Positions 22,974 to 33,520 of a DNA stretch of 64,000 nucleotides are shown in pieces. Position 1 is the stretch's first letter; each line of letters opens with the position of its first letter. The stretch is from positions 13,054-77,053 of the forward strand of contig CAWBNR010000012.1 of assembly GCA_963790185.1 (NCBI GenBank). The letters are read 5' to 3'. The notes beneath the pieces were generated by a model. That model did no database searches. It was given only the letters and a program-made list of their open reading frames with translations, and was not told where the DNA came from. A program made the position numbers and the translations under genes. This DNA is from an uncultured Thermoleophilia bacterium. GTDB taxonomy: Bacteria; Actinomycetota; Thermoleophilia; UBA2241.

Positions 22974-23997
22974 ATGACGATGACGTCCATGCGCGACGCC
23001 AGCGACCGCGACGATCGCCGCACCACGGCGGCGGAGGAGCCGCCCGTCGTCCTCGCCACCCACGGTCTCACCAAGATCTTCGACGGCATCGTCGCCGTCG
23101 ACCATCTCGACCTCACCGTGCGCCGCGGCGACGTCTTCGGCTTCCTCGGCCCCAACGGCGCCGGCAAGACGACGACGATCCGCATGATCTTCGGTCTCAT
23201 CTACCCGACCAGCGGCTACGTCGAGGTGCTCGACCATCGGGTGCCCGAGGACAAGGCGCGAGGCGCTGCGGCACATCGGCGGCTTCGTCGAGGTGCCGGC
23301 CTTCTACGGCAACATGAGCGCGCGCCGCAACCTGCGCCTGATGGGCCGCCTGAACGACGTGCACGACGAGAAGCGCATCGACGAGGTGCTCGACATCGTC
23401 GGCCTGCTGCGAGCGCGCCGACTCCAAGGTCGGCGACTACTCGCACGGCATGAAGCAGCGCCTGGGCATCGCCAACGCGCTGCTCCACCGGCCGGAGCTC
23501 ATCATCCTCGACGAGCCCACGAGCGGCCTCGACCCGCAGGGCATGAAGGACGTGCGCGAGCTGATCCGCGCGCTGGGAGCCGGCGGCACGACGGTCTTCC
23601 TCTCCTCGCACCTGCTGCACGAGATCGAGCAGGTCTGCAACCGCGCCGTGATCATCAACAAGGGCCGCGTGGTCGTCGAGGGACCGGTGGCCGAGCTGCG
23701 CCCGGCGAGCTCCGCGGTCAAGGTGCTGACCAGCGATCAGGAGCGGGCGCGCGGGGTGATCGCCGCGCTCGTCGGCCCGCAGGCCGTCGCAGCGACGAGG
23801 GGTACCTGATGGTCGACGGCTCGGACGGCACGGTGCGCGAGATGGTGCGCCGCCTGGTCGCCGCGGGTCTCGGCGTCGACGCCGTGATCCCCGCGCGCGA
23901 GCAGGGACTCGAGGACTACTTCCTCGGGCTCACCCAGAGCTCCGGACGTCGTCGCTCCCGTCGGAAGCGCCACGCGAGAAGAGGCGGCGCCCGATGA
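22974..23997 (+). CDS. ABC transporter ATP-binding protein (frameshifted)
   Basis: GPNGAGKTT, YSHGMKQRL, LDEPT, SSHLL in successive frames. Confidence 0.85.
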
Positions 23998-24813
23998 AGC
24001 TGCTGCGCGGCGAAGCTCACCAAGCTCCTCTTCCAGAAGCGCACCTACGTCGGCTGGGTCGGGCTGCTCGCCATCCCCATCCTGATCGTCGTGGCGCTCT
24101 ATCTCTCGTCGCCCGTCATCGCAGGCGACGACGGCCCGGGCGGCTTCTTCCTCCTCGCCTCCCACAACGGACTGCTCGTGCCCCTGGCGGCCATCGGCGC
24201 TGCTGACGGCCTTCCTGCTGCCCTTGCTCGCCTCGATGGCCGGCAGCTTCCAGCTCGCCGGCGAGGCCGAGACCGGGACGATCAAGACCTGGCTCGTGCA
24301 TCCCGTGAGTCGCGGCGGCGTGCTCGTCTCGAAGTGGGTCGTCGCCGTCATCTACCTGCTCGCCGGCCTGGTGCTGGTCGCGGCCGGCGCGCTACGTCGG
24401 CGGGCGTGGTCGTCTTCGGCGCGCACGCATCCGACACTGCTCTCGGGCGGCACGGTGAGCATCGCCCACGGTCTGTGGCTGACCCTGCTGGCCTACCTGT
24501 TCGTGTCGGCTCGGCATGATCTGCGTGATCTCGCTGGCGATGCTCTTCTCGACGTTCACCAACTCGAGCCTGACGGCGGCCATCGGCACGCTGGTCGTCG
24601 TCATCGTCATGCAGATCCTCGGCGCCTTCAGCTACTTCGACTTCCTCAAGCCGTACCTGTTCACCAGCCATCTCGACGCCTGGCAGAACCTCTTCCAGCG
24701 GGTCGATCGACTGGGCTCCGATCGAGAAGGGCGTGCTCGCCTTCGCCGTCTACATCGTCGTGTCCACCGTGGCGGCCTGGTACGTGTTCCGCCGCAAGGA
24801 CGTCCTCGTGTAG
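23994..24813 (+). CDS. ABC-2 permease (frameshifted)
   Basis: AGEAETGTIKTWLVHPVSRGGVLVSKW motif; ends YVFRRKDVLV-stop at 24813. Confidence 0.8.
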
Positions 24814-25121
24814 AGGAGATCACGCCGAGCGGACGACATCTGCCCAGTCCGATGCGCGGACAGGCTCCACAGCGCGCCGTGACGTTTACCTGAAGCCGAA
24901 TCCGTGGTACTTCCCATTCACCACGTGTCGATTCGCTGCGACACGCACTCCCCTTGCCGCGGAACAGCTCGTCGGCCTGTGCGCGGAATCGGTGTCCGAT
25001 GTGGGCGGGATCCCCACCGACGTCGGCAATCGCTTGCGCATGATCGTCCTACGTTGGCTCGGCCGAGACGGTGGCCCCAGCGATCGGCGGACGACTGGGC
25101 CGGCCGAACGGAATGGCGGGC

Positions 25122-25862
25122 ATGGAGCTTCTCCTGCTGTCGAACTCCACGAACTACGGTGGCACGATGTTCTCCCATGCCGCGGAGGCCTTCGCCGGAG
25201 TGTCGGCGGGCGACGTGGTGACGTTCGTCCCGTATGCCCTGGCGGACTGGGACGACTACGCCGACAGGGCCGCGGCCGCGCTCGGCGCCTTCGACATCGA
25301 GGTCGTCTCGGCTCACCGGTCGGGCGCGCCCGACCGGGCGATCCTCGAAGCGGACGTGCTGATGATGGGCGGCGGGAACACCTTCCGGCTGCTCGACTCT
25401 CTCTACGCCCTCGGCGTGATCGACGAGCTGGGCCTCCGCGTGCGCGAGGGCGCGATCCGCTACGTGGGCGCCTCCGCGGGCACGAACGTCGCCTGCCCGA
25501 CCATCCGCACCACCAACGACATGCCGATCTGCCTGCCGCCGAGCTTCGCGGCGCTCGGGTTGGTGCCCTTCCAGATCAACCTCCACTACATCGATGCCGA
25601 CCCGGCTTCGACCTTCATGGGCGAGACCCGGGAGGAGCGGATCGAGGAGTTCCTCGAGGAGAACGACTGCGCGGTGCTGGCGCTGTACGAGGGCTCGTGG
25701 CTGCGGGTCAGCGGCGAGACGGCCGAGGTCACCGGTCGGGCCCGCCTGTTCCAGCGCGCGGGCGTCGGCACCTTCCGTGACGGTCTCGACGTCTCCGAGC
25801 TCCTGCACCTCGCGCCGACCTTCGATGGCGGGAGACGGCCCGGACCGGGGGGCATCGCATGA
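25122..25862 (+). CDS. pepE: Dipeptidase E (peptidase S51)
   Basis: MELLLLSNS start, GGGNTFRLL, GASAG nucleophile motif, TIRTTNDMPI, FQINLHY, GETREERI. Confidence 0.9.
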   Translation: MELLLLSNSTNYGGTMFSHAAEAFAGVSAGDVVTFVPYALADWDDYADRAAAALGAFDIEVVSAHRSGAPDRAILEADVLMMGGGNTFRLLDSLYALGVIDELGLRVREGAIRYVGASAGTNVACPTIRTTNDMPICLPPSFAALGLVPFQINLHYIDADPASTFMGETREERIEEFLEENDCAVLALYEGSWLRVSGETAEVTGRARLFQRAGVGTFRDGLDVSELLHLAPTFDGGRRPGPGGIA

Positions 25863-26949
25863 GCGGTACGACTGCGGTCGTCTACTGCGAAGCGAACTTC
25901 GGCGCCAGCGACGGCAAGACCGCCAACGGCCTGGTGCGCCACTCCGAGAAGTACGAGATCCTCTCGGTGATCGACAGCGAGAAGGCGGGGCTCGACGCCG
26001 GCGAGGTGCTCGGCGACGAGCCGAACGGGATCCCGATCTGTGCCGATCTGGCCGACGCGATCGCTCTGGCGGGACACGTCCCCGACTTCTTCATCCTCGG
26101 GATGGCGCCCTCCAGCGGCATGCTCTCGCCCGTCGAGCGCGGCGTCGTGCTCGACGCGATCGGGCGCGGGATGAACATCGTCAACGGCCTGCACGAGTTC
26201 CTGAACGACGACCCGGAGTTCGCGGCGGCGGCAGCGGCGCACAACGTGACGATCCTCGACGTGCGACGCCCGCGCGACAAGAAGGACCTGCGGATGTTCA
26301 GCGGCCGCATCGCCACGGTCACCTGCCCGCGCATCGCCGTGCTCGGCACCGACGGCGCGATCGGCAAGCGCACCACCGCGACGATCCTCACGCAGGCGCT
26401 CAACGAGCGCGGGATCAAGGCGGTCCTGGTCGGCACGGGGCAGACCGGGCTCATCCAGGGCGCGCGCTACGGCGTGGCGCTCGACGCCATCCCGTGCCAG
26501 TTCTGCTCGGGCGAGATGGAGGCCACCGTCGTGGAGGCCTTCGAAGGCGAGCACCCGGACGTGATCGTCATCGAAGGGCAGGGCGCGCTGAGTCATCCCG
26601 CCTACCTGACGTCGAGCTTCATCCTGCGAGGCAGCCGGCCCGACGCGGTCATCCTGCAGCACGCGCCGGCGCGCCGCATGGCTGGGCGACTTCGCCGGAC
26701 GTGCCGATGCCGACCCCCGCGAGCGAGATCGACCTCATCGAGACCTTCGCCGACACGAAGGTCATCGGCCTCACCATCAACCACGAGGACATGACCGACG
26801 CCGAGGTCACCGCGGCGATCATGCTGTACGAGTTCGAGCTCGGCATCCCGGCCACGGACGCGCTCACGCGGTCGCCCGAGCGGCTGGTCGACATGGTGGT
26901 GCAGGCGTTCCCCGAGCTCGAAACGAAGCTGGATGCGGGCGCGGTATGA
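25859..26949 (+). CDS. DUF1611 family P-loop protein (frameshift near 26.69 kb)
   Basis: KTANGLVRHS, NIVNGLHEFL, GTDGAIGKRTT, GTGQTG, IEGQGALSHPAY. Confidence 0.85.
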
Positions 26950-26988
26950 CCAGCGCACGGGCGTCGGTGACGCGCCATCGATCCCCTC

Positions 26989-27555
26989 TCAGATCGCGAG
27001 CACCGTCGCTGTCGGCGACCGCTCCCCTGAGGCGGTGACGTAGAAGAGCTCGATGCAGCTTGTGCGCCCGTCGCGGTTGATCAGCACGACCATAAGGGTC
27101 CCGGCGAGATCGCGTTCGGTCGTCTGCGAGGCAACGAACGCACTGTACGAGTACTGCTGGTTGCCGGTGACCCAGACAGCCGGCGGCACGCCGTTCGCCC
27201 CTATCGGCAGCCTGGTCTGACCGACGATCGCACGGCTCCCGTCGAGCGCGTTGACGTAGTCTGCCCATTGACCGTCGGTGTGATCCTGCAGCGCTTGCGC
27301 GATGAGCTGCGAAGCCCTCTCCATGGCGTCCGTGTCGCCAGCGGTGCGGCAGTCCGCATCCAGACCCTCCATCAGGTGGCTCTTGAGCTCGAGCTCCAGG
27401 GTCTTGGCGTTCTCCTTGAGGACTGACTCCTTGGCTCTGGCTGCGTACACGGGGACGGCGACGGTCGCGAAGATCGCGGCGACAGCCACTGCGATCAGAG
27501 TCTGAAGGACTGAGAATCCGCTCTGGCTGCCGGTGATGGGGGCCCGTCGGTGCAC
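26989..27555 (-). CDS. Type IV pilin-like protein (class III signal peptide)
   Basis: SG|FSVLQTLIAVAVAAIFATVAVPVY prepilin-like N-terminus; start at GTG 27555 inferred. Confidence 0.65.
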   Translation of the reverse strand: MHRRAPITGSQSGFSVLQTLIAVAVAAIFATVAVPVYAARAKESVLKENAKTLELELKSHLMEGLDADCRTAGDTDAMERASQLIAQALQDHTDGQWADYVNALDGSRAIVGQTRLPIGANGVPPAVWVTGNQQYSYSAFVASQTTERDLAGTLMVVLINRDGRTSCIELFYVTASGERSPTATVLAI

Positions 27556-27717
27556 GTTCAGCTCCTGCTTCGTCGAGCTTGGCAAGCCTGCATCGGCGGA
27601 AGACTGCTCGCGTGCGCTTGCCGGTCGCCTACACTGTCGGCGATCGCCGTGGCGGACTCCATGGGTCATGCGTCCAGACGATCCACGTTGCGGAGATCCT
27701 GGCGATCCAGCCGGCGG

Positions 27718-30672
27718 TCAGATCGGGAGGTGGACTGCCGCGCTGTGGCCGAACGCGAAGCCCTCCTCGCGGAAGAGCGCGAGGCATGCGTCGGCGACGA
27801 CCGGGTCGTAGAGCGTCCCGCGATTGGCCTCGATCTCCGCCAGCGCCGCCTCGATGCCCAGGGCGGGGCGATACGGCCGGTGGGAGGACATCGCCTCGAC
27901 GACGTCGGCGATCGCCACGAGGCGCGACTCGAGCCTGATCTCGTCTCCCTTCAGGCCTAGTGGATAGCCTGAGCCGTCGAGGCGTTCGTGGTGCTGGCGG
28001 ACGATGTCCGCGACGGCGCCGGGGAAGTGCATCTGGCGCACGAGTTGGTAGCCGCTCTCGGAATGCTGTCGCAGGAGGTCGAACTCGAGTGTGCTCAGCT
28101 TACCCGGCTTCGTCAGGATCTCGGCCGGGATGGAGAGCTTGCCGAGGTCGTGGATCAGTGCCGCGATGTGCAGGGCGGCACGAGCGTTCTCGTGCAGCCC
28201 CAGACTCTCGGCCAGTCGGTCCACCAGCTGCGTGACGCGGTCCTGATGCCCGGCGGTGTAGAGGTCGCGCATCTCGACCGCGCCGGCGAGCGTCCGGGCC
28301 GCAGACTCGACCGTCCGTCGCAGGCGTACGAGGGCGCGCTCGCGCTGCTGCTCGGCCTTGTGCCGGCGTTCCTGCTCGCGGATCTGGTCGCTGACATCCT
28401 GGCACGAGCAGATGACGCCTCTCGGCTCGACGCCCGCGGGGGACGGTGCGCTCATCACGCTCAGGTGGCGCCTGGCACCGTTGCGACTGGCCATCTTGAG
28501 CACGACCGGCGGCATCGCGTGCTGGAGCGCCTCCGCAAGGAGCGCCCGCGCGCCATCGTGCTCGTCCTCGGCGATCAAGTCCAGAAAGCGGAGGTGTTCG
28601 ACATCGGCCCGCTTCACGCCGAGCAGGCGCTCGGCCGTCGGGCTCATGTAGTCCACCAAGCCCTCGGAGTCGATCGAGAAGACGCCTTCGCTGAGGTTCT
28701 CGACGAGCGTACGGTAACGCTCCTCGCTGACGCGCAGCCCCTCTTCGGCGGCGTGGCGTGCGGTGACGTCGATCAGCAACCCCTCAAGACTCGCGGGGGC
28801 GCCCTCGGCGTCGCGGATGATGACGGCGCGGTCCAGGATCCAGCGCTCGCTGCCATCCTTTGCACGGACGCGGTACTCTGTCTCCACCCTGTCGCTGCCC
28901 GCCGTGATCGCCTGCTGGACGCAGTCCCAAGAACGATCCATGTCATCCGCGTGCACGAGGGTGGACCAGTCGAGACCGCCGACGAGGAACTCCTCGGCGC
29001 TGTAGCCCGTGACCGTCAGAATACCGTCGCTGATGAACTCGTCTCGCCAAGGCGGCTCCAGCGAGCTGCGGTAGGCCGCGCCCGAGAGGTTGTCGAACAG
29101 CGCGGTCAGTCGCTCGTCGCGTTCCTGCAGCTCCGCCTGGGTCTGCCTTCGCGCGGTGATGTCGTGGCTCCGCCCGCTGATCCCCGTGACCCGGCCGTCA
29201 TCGTCGGTGATGGGGTCGAGCACGCATTCGTAGATGTGCGTCGTCCCGTCGGGCCCTGGCGCCGTCAGCTCGGCCTCCACGCTCTCGCCTTGAGCGATCA
29301 CGCGCGCGTAGAGGGATCGCCGCTCCGCGATCGCCTCGGGGGGGAATCCCAGCTCGGCGTGGTTCTTGCCGATGATCTCCTCGCGCGCCAACCCGAAGGC
29401 CCGACAGGCTGCCCCGTTGACGGCTGTGTGGCGTCCTTGAGTGTCGAGGCTCAGGATGAGGTCTGGCGTGCTCTCGACGAGCGTCCGGTAGCGCTCCTCG
29501 CTCTCTTGCAGGGCGATCGCCATGTCCCGGCGCGCACTCGCCTCCTCGATGCTCCGCAGAGCGAAGCTGAGGTCGCTGGCGAGCTCCTCCAGCAAATCGA
29601 CCTCTCCGTCGTCGAACTCTCGCGGCTCGGCCTGGTAGAGGGCGAGGATGCCGCGCACGCGACCATCGCCGTTCAGTGGCAGCGCGACCACCGAGCTGTA
29701 GTGCTGCGCCGGGGCGGCCTTGAGGAAGGGCGCGAACGTCTTATCCGACGCGATGTCGGAGCTGGTGACCACCCGGCCGCTGCGGGCCGCGCGACCCTCA
29801 GGCCCCTGTCCCTCGGGCGCATCGTCATAGCAGATCGTGATGTCGTCAGGGGAGCCCGCGCCGTCGCCGGCCCGGGCGCTGGGAACCAGGGTCTTCGTCA
29901 CCGGGTCGCAGAGGGCGATGGTCGCCGTGGAGAAGCCGCCCTGCTCGACGAAGATCGAGCAGGCCCGCTCACAGAGCGCCTCCGGTTCCTCGACCCGGAC
30001 CATCATCTCGTTGATGCCGGTGGCCATGCGCAGCAAGCGGTTGAGGTGCAGGATGCGCTGCTCGCCGGTCTCGTACTGGGCGGCCACCCGTCTGAGCTCG
30101 GCGGCGTCGAGCGCCGTCCCGCCCAGCAGCTCCGAGAGGGCGGTCAGGAACTGCACAGCGGCCTTCGCCTTCGCCTCCGTGAGCACCGGTATCTGGCCGA
30201 GGCACCGGAGGTAGGCGGCTTCGTCGAAGCCGCAGTCGGCCGCCTGGCGTCGGAAGCGCTCGACGTCTGGCGGTTCGAGCAGGAACTGGCCGACGAAGAC
30301 GTTGGCGACATGCTCGCCGGCCACGATGACCGGTGAGACGATATCGGTGAGGCCGTTCCCGCAGGTGTAGAGAGCCGCGGTCTCGCCCTCGCGCAGCCGC
30401 GAGGCGAGCTCGGTGTCGCTCACGCGGCAGCGCCTCGCCGTCTCTGGATGGACTCGGTGGAACTCGGTGCAGAGCGGCTGCCAGTTGGAGGCGAGCAGGA
30501 TGTCGCCGTCAGGGTTGAGCAGGGCGGCGGCGATGCCCGTGGCGCTGCAGAAGCCCTCCAGGAGCGGCCCAATGCACTGGAGATCGACTGCGCCCGCGTT
30601 CGAGATGGTCGTCCTCGGTTCCTCTACGCCCGCCGCAGCTGGTGTGGGGGTGACTTGTGTGTCCCGCGACAC
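27718..30672 (-). CDS. PocR - GAF - PAS x3 - HD-GYP c-di-GMP phosphodiesterase
   Basis: PocR-type CTEFHRVHPETARRC and YTCGNGLTDIVSPVIV; ERYRTLVE PAS starts; HDLGKL, HHERLDGSGYPLGL. Confidence 0.9.
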   Translation of the reverse strand: MSRDTQVTPTPAAAGVEEPRTTISNAGAVDLQCIGPLLEGFCSATGIAAALLNPDGDILLASNWQPLCTEFHRVHPETARRCRVSDTELASRLREGETAALYTCGNGLTDIVSPVIVAGEHVANVFVGQFLLEPPDVERFRRQAADCGFDEAAYLRCLGQIPVLTEAKAKAAVQFLTALSELLGGTALDAAELRRVAAQYETGEQRILHLNRLLRMATGINEMMVRVEEPEALCERACSIFVEQGGFSTATIALCDPVTKTLVPSARAGDGAGSPDDITICYDDAPEGQGPEGRAARSGRVVTSSDIASDKTFAPFLKAAPAQHYSSVVALPLNGDGRVRGILALYQAEPREFDDGEVDLLEELASDLSFALRSIEEASARRDMAIALQESEERYRTLVESTPDLILSLDTQGRHTAVNGAACRAFGLAREEIIGKNHAELGFPPEAIAERRSLYARVIAQGESVEAELTAPGPDGTTHIYECVLDPITDDDGRVTGISGRSHDITARRQTQAELQERDERLTALFDNLSGAAYRSSLEPPWRDEFISDGILTVTGYSAEEFLVGGLDWSTLVHADDMDRSWDCVQQAITAGSDRVETEYRVRAKDGSERWILDRAVIIRDAEGAPASLEGLLIDVTARHAAEEGLRVSEERYRTLVENLSEGVFSIDSEGLVDYMSPTAERLLGVKRADVEHLRFLDLIAEDEHDGARALLAEALQHAMPPVVLKMASRNGARRHLSVMSAPSPAGVEPRGVICSCQDVSDQIREQERRHKAEQQRERALVRLRRTVESAARTLAGAVEMRDLYTAGHQDRVTQLVDRLAESLGLHENARAALHIAALIHDLGKLSIPAEILTKPGKLSTLEFDLLRQHSESGYQLVRQMHFPGAVADIVRQHHERLDGSGYPLGLKGDEIRLESRLVAIADVVEAMSSHRPYRPALGIEAALAEIEANRGTLYDPVVADACLALFREEGFAFGHSAAVHLPI

Positions 30673-30786
30673 CCCAATGCCACCTTATTCCCCTTGGCAG
30701 CGTTCTTCACCTGTATCGGTCGTCGTGAGTGACTTCTTGAACGTTCGGGGGGACCTTGCTGAAGGCGTCCCCTGCGGCCGACGGCC

Positions 30787-31759
30787 CTACTCGAACTCAG
30801 GCGGTGCGCGGTGCTTGTTCTCGTACATGAGGCTGTCCGCCTCTTGCAGCAGGTCGTCCAGGCTGAGTTCGTTCAGCGGCCCGGAGTGAGCAGACCCGAT
30901 CGTCAGCGAGACGGCAAACTGCAGCCCCGAATTGGCCGTCCTGCGGTCGAGCTCTTGGTCGAGACGCGTGTTCACGGTGCCGAGGTCGCGCGTGTCCGCC
31001 TCCGACATCACGACGAACTCGTCGCCTCCGACGCGGGCCACCACATCGGACTCGCGGAACGTCGCCTCGAGCGCCCGGGCGCTGAGAGTGAGGGCGATGT
31101 CGCCGGCGCTGTGACCGAACTCGTCGTTGATGGCCTTTAGCCCGTCGACGTCCGCGTAGATGAGCGTCAGGGTCGACCCCGACCGCCGGCTCTCCTTGAG
31201 CCGTTGCCCGGCCAGCAGCATGAAGCCACGGCGATTGCACAGCCCGGTCATGTCGTCGAGCAACGACATCGTGCGCAGCGTGTCTTCGAGGGCACGGGTC
31301 TGAGTGATGTCGGACGCGGTGATGATGATGTGCTTCAGCACTCCGTCGGCATCGCGCAGCGGCGTCAGCGAGCCGGCGACGAGCAGCCGCTCACCTGTGC
31401 GTCTTCACCCAATGAGTCTCGAAAGGGTATGCGCCTCCGCCCGCGTCGAGGTCTCGCAGGCCGTGGCTCAACGACGCGGCGGCTTCGGGGATCGGGAGGG
31501 CAGAGACGAATTCGCGAGCACGCAAGTCGTCTTCTGAGTAGCCGGTCGCGAGCTCCACGGCACGATTGACCTGCAGGATACGCCCGGCGCTGTCGAGCAC
31601 GATGATGAAGGCGTCGGCCGACTCCAGCACGGAACTGAGGAAGTCGCGCTCCGTCTCGAGCGCCTTCTCGGCACGCACGTGCTTGCGTACGTTGTTGCGG
31701 AGGCGCGCCTTCTCGTCCGCCGGTGGAGCTGCCCGCTGTTGTTCGTGTACGTCAGCCAT
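30787..31759 (-). CDS. PAS-GGDEF diguanylate cyclase (frameshift near 31.39 kb)
   Basis: PAS segment, then DDMTGLCNRRGF, DVDGLKAINDEFGHSAGD, RESDVVARVGGDEF. Confidence 0.85.
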
Positions 31760-31994
31760 GCGCCGGGATGCGCGACCTCGAGCGGTCGTTCGACTGCTGC
31801 CGCCGCCTGCGGCGGGAGCGTCCAGTGGAGCCATTATGCCCACTTCTCCGCGGATCGCATCAAACGTTCAGGGCGTTCAGCCGGAGCGAGGCACGAAACA
31901 CTCGTCGCTGCGCAGGCCGCTGCGCCTGCCGCAGCGCGGCGAGGCGTGTGGAGCCGAGTCTTGACAGCTCCCCGCGCGGCGGGGAGTATTCGCC

Positions 31995-32020
31995 TAATCC
32001 CTATCTCCAACAAGGGAATT
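31995..32020. promoter_or_regulatory. Candidate Rrf2 operator (imperfect palindrome)
   Basis: TAATCCCTA-N8-AAGGGAATT upstream of rrf2; the same 9-mer recurs at 34250. Confidence 0.4.
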
Positions 32021-32033
32021 GGAGAGTTCGCGC

Positions 32034-32447
32034 GTGGAGATTCCGCTTCGTACTCAGTACGCTCTGCGAGCCTTGGTGTGCCTTGCCCTCAAGCGGGGGG
32101 AGGGCGTCCTGAATGGTCAGCGCATCGCGGCGCTCGCCGGCATCCCGAAGAAGTACGTGGAACAGGTGATGCGCGACCTGCGTCAGAACGGCTTCGTTGT
32201 GAGCCGGCGCGGCCGGGGGGGCGGGTACGCGCTCAGCCGGCAGGCATCGGCCGTGTCGATCCTTGAGGTCATCGAGACGCTCGACGGCTCGCTCGACGAT
32301 CTGGGACGGGTCCGCGACCGTGACCCCGGAGCGCCACTGCTCGAGCCGATGTGGGGCGTCGTCCGGGGTGCGCTGCGCGACGCCCTCGCCGGGGAGACCG
32401 TCGCGAGCGTCGCCGACCGGGCCACCGTCACCACCTACCAGATCTGA
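32034..32447 (+). CDS. Rrf2-family transcriptional regulator (CymR-like, no Fe-S cysteine triad)
   Basis: TQYALRAL, YVEQVMRDLRQNGFVVSRRGRGGGYALS; precedes cysK; GTG start after GGAGAG. Confidence 0.9.
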   Translation: MEIPLRTQYALRALVCLALKRGEGVLNGQRIAALAGIPKKYVEQVMRDLRQNGFVVSRRGRGGGYALSRQASAVSILEVIETLDGSLDDLGRVRDRDPGAPLLEPMWGVVRGALRDALAGETVASVADRATVTTYQI

Positions 32448-32519
32448 GGGTCTCTTGAGGCTCTGCATCCGAGGTGGCCGGGTCTGGCTCGATGGGCGAC
32501 AGACGGCAGGAGATGAGGC

Positions 32520-33443
32520 ATGAGGATCGCCGAGAGCATCGCCGACCTGATCGGGGGGACGCCCCTCGTGCGCTTGCGACGGGTGTCCGAGGAGTCCGGC
32601 GCGACGATCCTCGGCAAACTCGAGTCCTTCAACCCCGGCGGCAGCGTGAAGGACCGCATCGCTCTGTCCATGATCGAGGCAGCCGAGAGGGCGGGTCTCC
32701 TCGATCCCAGGAGCACGACGCTGGTGGAGCCCACGAGCGGCAACACGGGCATCGCTCTGGCCATGGTCGCGGCGGCCAAAGGCTACAAGGTGCTCCTGAC
32801 GATGCCCGAGAGTATGAGCGTGGAGCGCCGTCTCCTGTTGCAGGCCTACGGCGCTGAGGTCGTCCTCACGCCGGGCGTGGATGGCATGCGCGGGGCGGTC
32901 GCGAAGGCGCAGGAGATCTGTGCGACATTGCCGGGGGCGCGCATGCTGCAGCAGTTCGAGAACCCCGCCAATCCGGAGGCGCACCGCCAGGCGACGGCCG
33001 AGGAGATCTGGGCGGACACCGACGGCGCCGTCGACATCTTCGTGGCCGGTGTAGGCACAGGGGGCACGCTCACCGGCGTGGGTCAGCTGCTCAAGCGGCG
33101 GAAGCCGGACGTGCGGGTCGTGGCCGTGGAGCCCGCGGGCTCGCCGGTCCTCTCCGGCGGTGTCGCCGGCCCTCACGGGATCCAGGGCATCGGGGCCGAC
33201 TTCCTGCCTGCCGTCCTCGATACGGGTGTCTACGATGAGGTGGTGGGGGTCACCGAGGAGGACGCGTTCGCGACGGCTCGGGCCCTGGCTCGGGATGAGG
33301 GCATCCTGCTCGGTATGGCGGGAGGCGCCGTCGTGTGGGCCGCCCTGCACGTCGCTCGCCGCGCGGAGAACGCCGGACGACTCATCGTCGTGATCCTCCC
33401 GGACTCTGGCGAGCGGTACCTCTCGACGCCACTCTTTCAGTAG
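32520..33443 (+). CDS. cysK: Cysteine synthase A
   Basis: [18 protein letters not shown] (PLP lysine), [25 protein letters not shown]. Confidence 0.95.
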   Translation: MRIAESIADLIGGTPLVRLRRVSEESGATILGKLESFNPGGSVKDRIALSMIEAAERAGLLDPRSTTLVEPTSGNTGIALAMVAAAKGYKVLLTMPESMSVERRLLLQAYGAEVVLTPGVDGMRGAVAKAQEICATLPGARMLQQFENPANPEAHRQATAEEIWADTDGAVDIFVAGVGTGGTLTGVGQLLKRRKPDVRVVAVEPAGSPVLSGGVAGPHGIQGIGADFLPAVLDTGVYDEVVGVTEEDAFATARALARDEGILLGMAGGAVVWAALHVARRAENAGRLIVVILPDSGERYLSTPLFQ

Positions 33444-33454
33444 GTGAGGAGGCA

Positions 33455-33490
33455 GGGAGGGCGGCATGCTCGCGAGCATGCCGCCCTCCC
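33455..33490. terminator. Perfect 36-bp palindrome between convergent genes (likely bidirectional terminator)
   Basis: GGGAGGGCGGCATGCTCG/CGAGCATGCCGCCCTCCC. Confidence 0.7.
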
Positions 33491-33520
33491 GGTGCTGTCG
33501 TCCTTCCGGATGGGCCTCTC

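Noticed and set aside
24830-25120. ncRNA or small ORF between the ABC permease and pepE
   Set aside because: No recognisable RNA motif, RBS-supported ORF or strong stem pattern.
27560-27715. c-di-GMP-I riboswitch before the pilin gene
   Set aside because: GGACGCA is present, but the GCAAA/GAAA tetraloop-receptor arrangement is not.
27988-30336. Long antisense ORFs (also 11656-12951, 32001-33479, 34296-35954, 49726-51249 extension and many others)
   Set aside because: Shadow frames of high-GC genes: they overlap confident genes on the opposite strand or frame and lack recognisable motifs.
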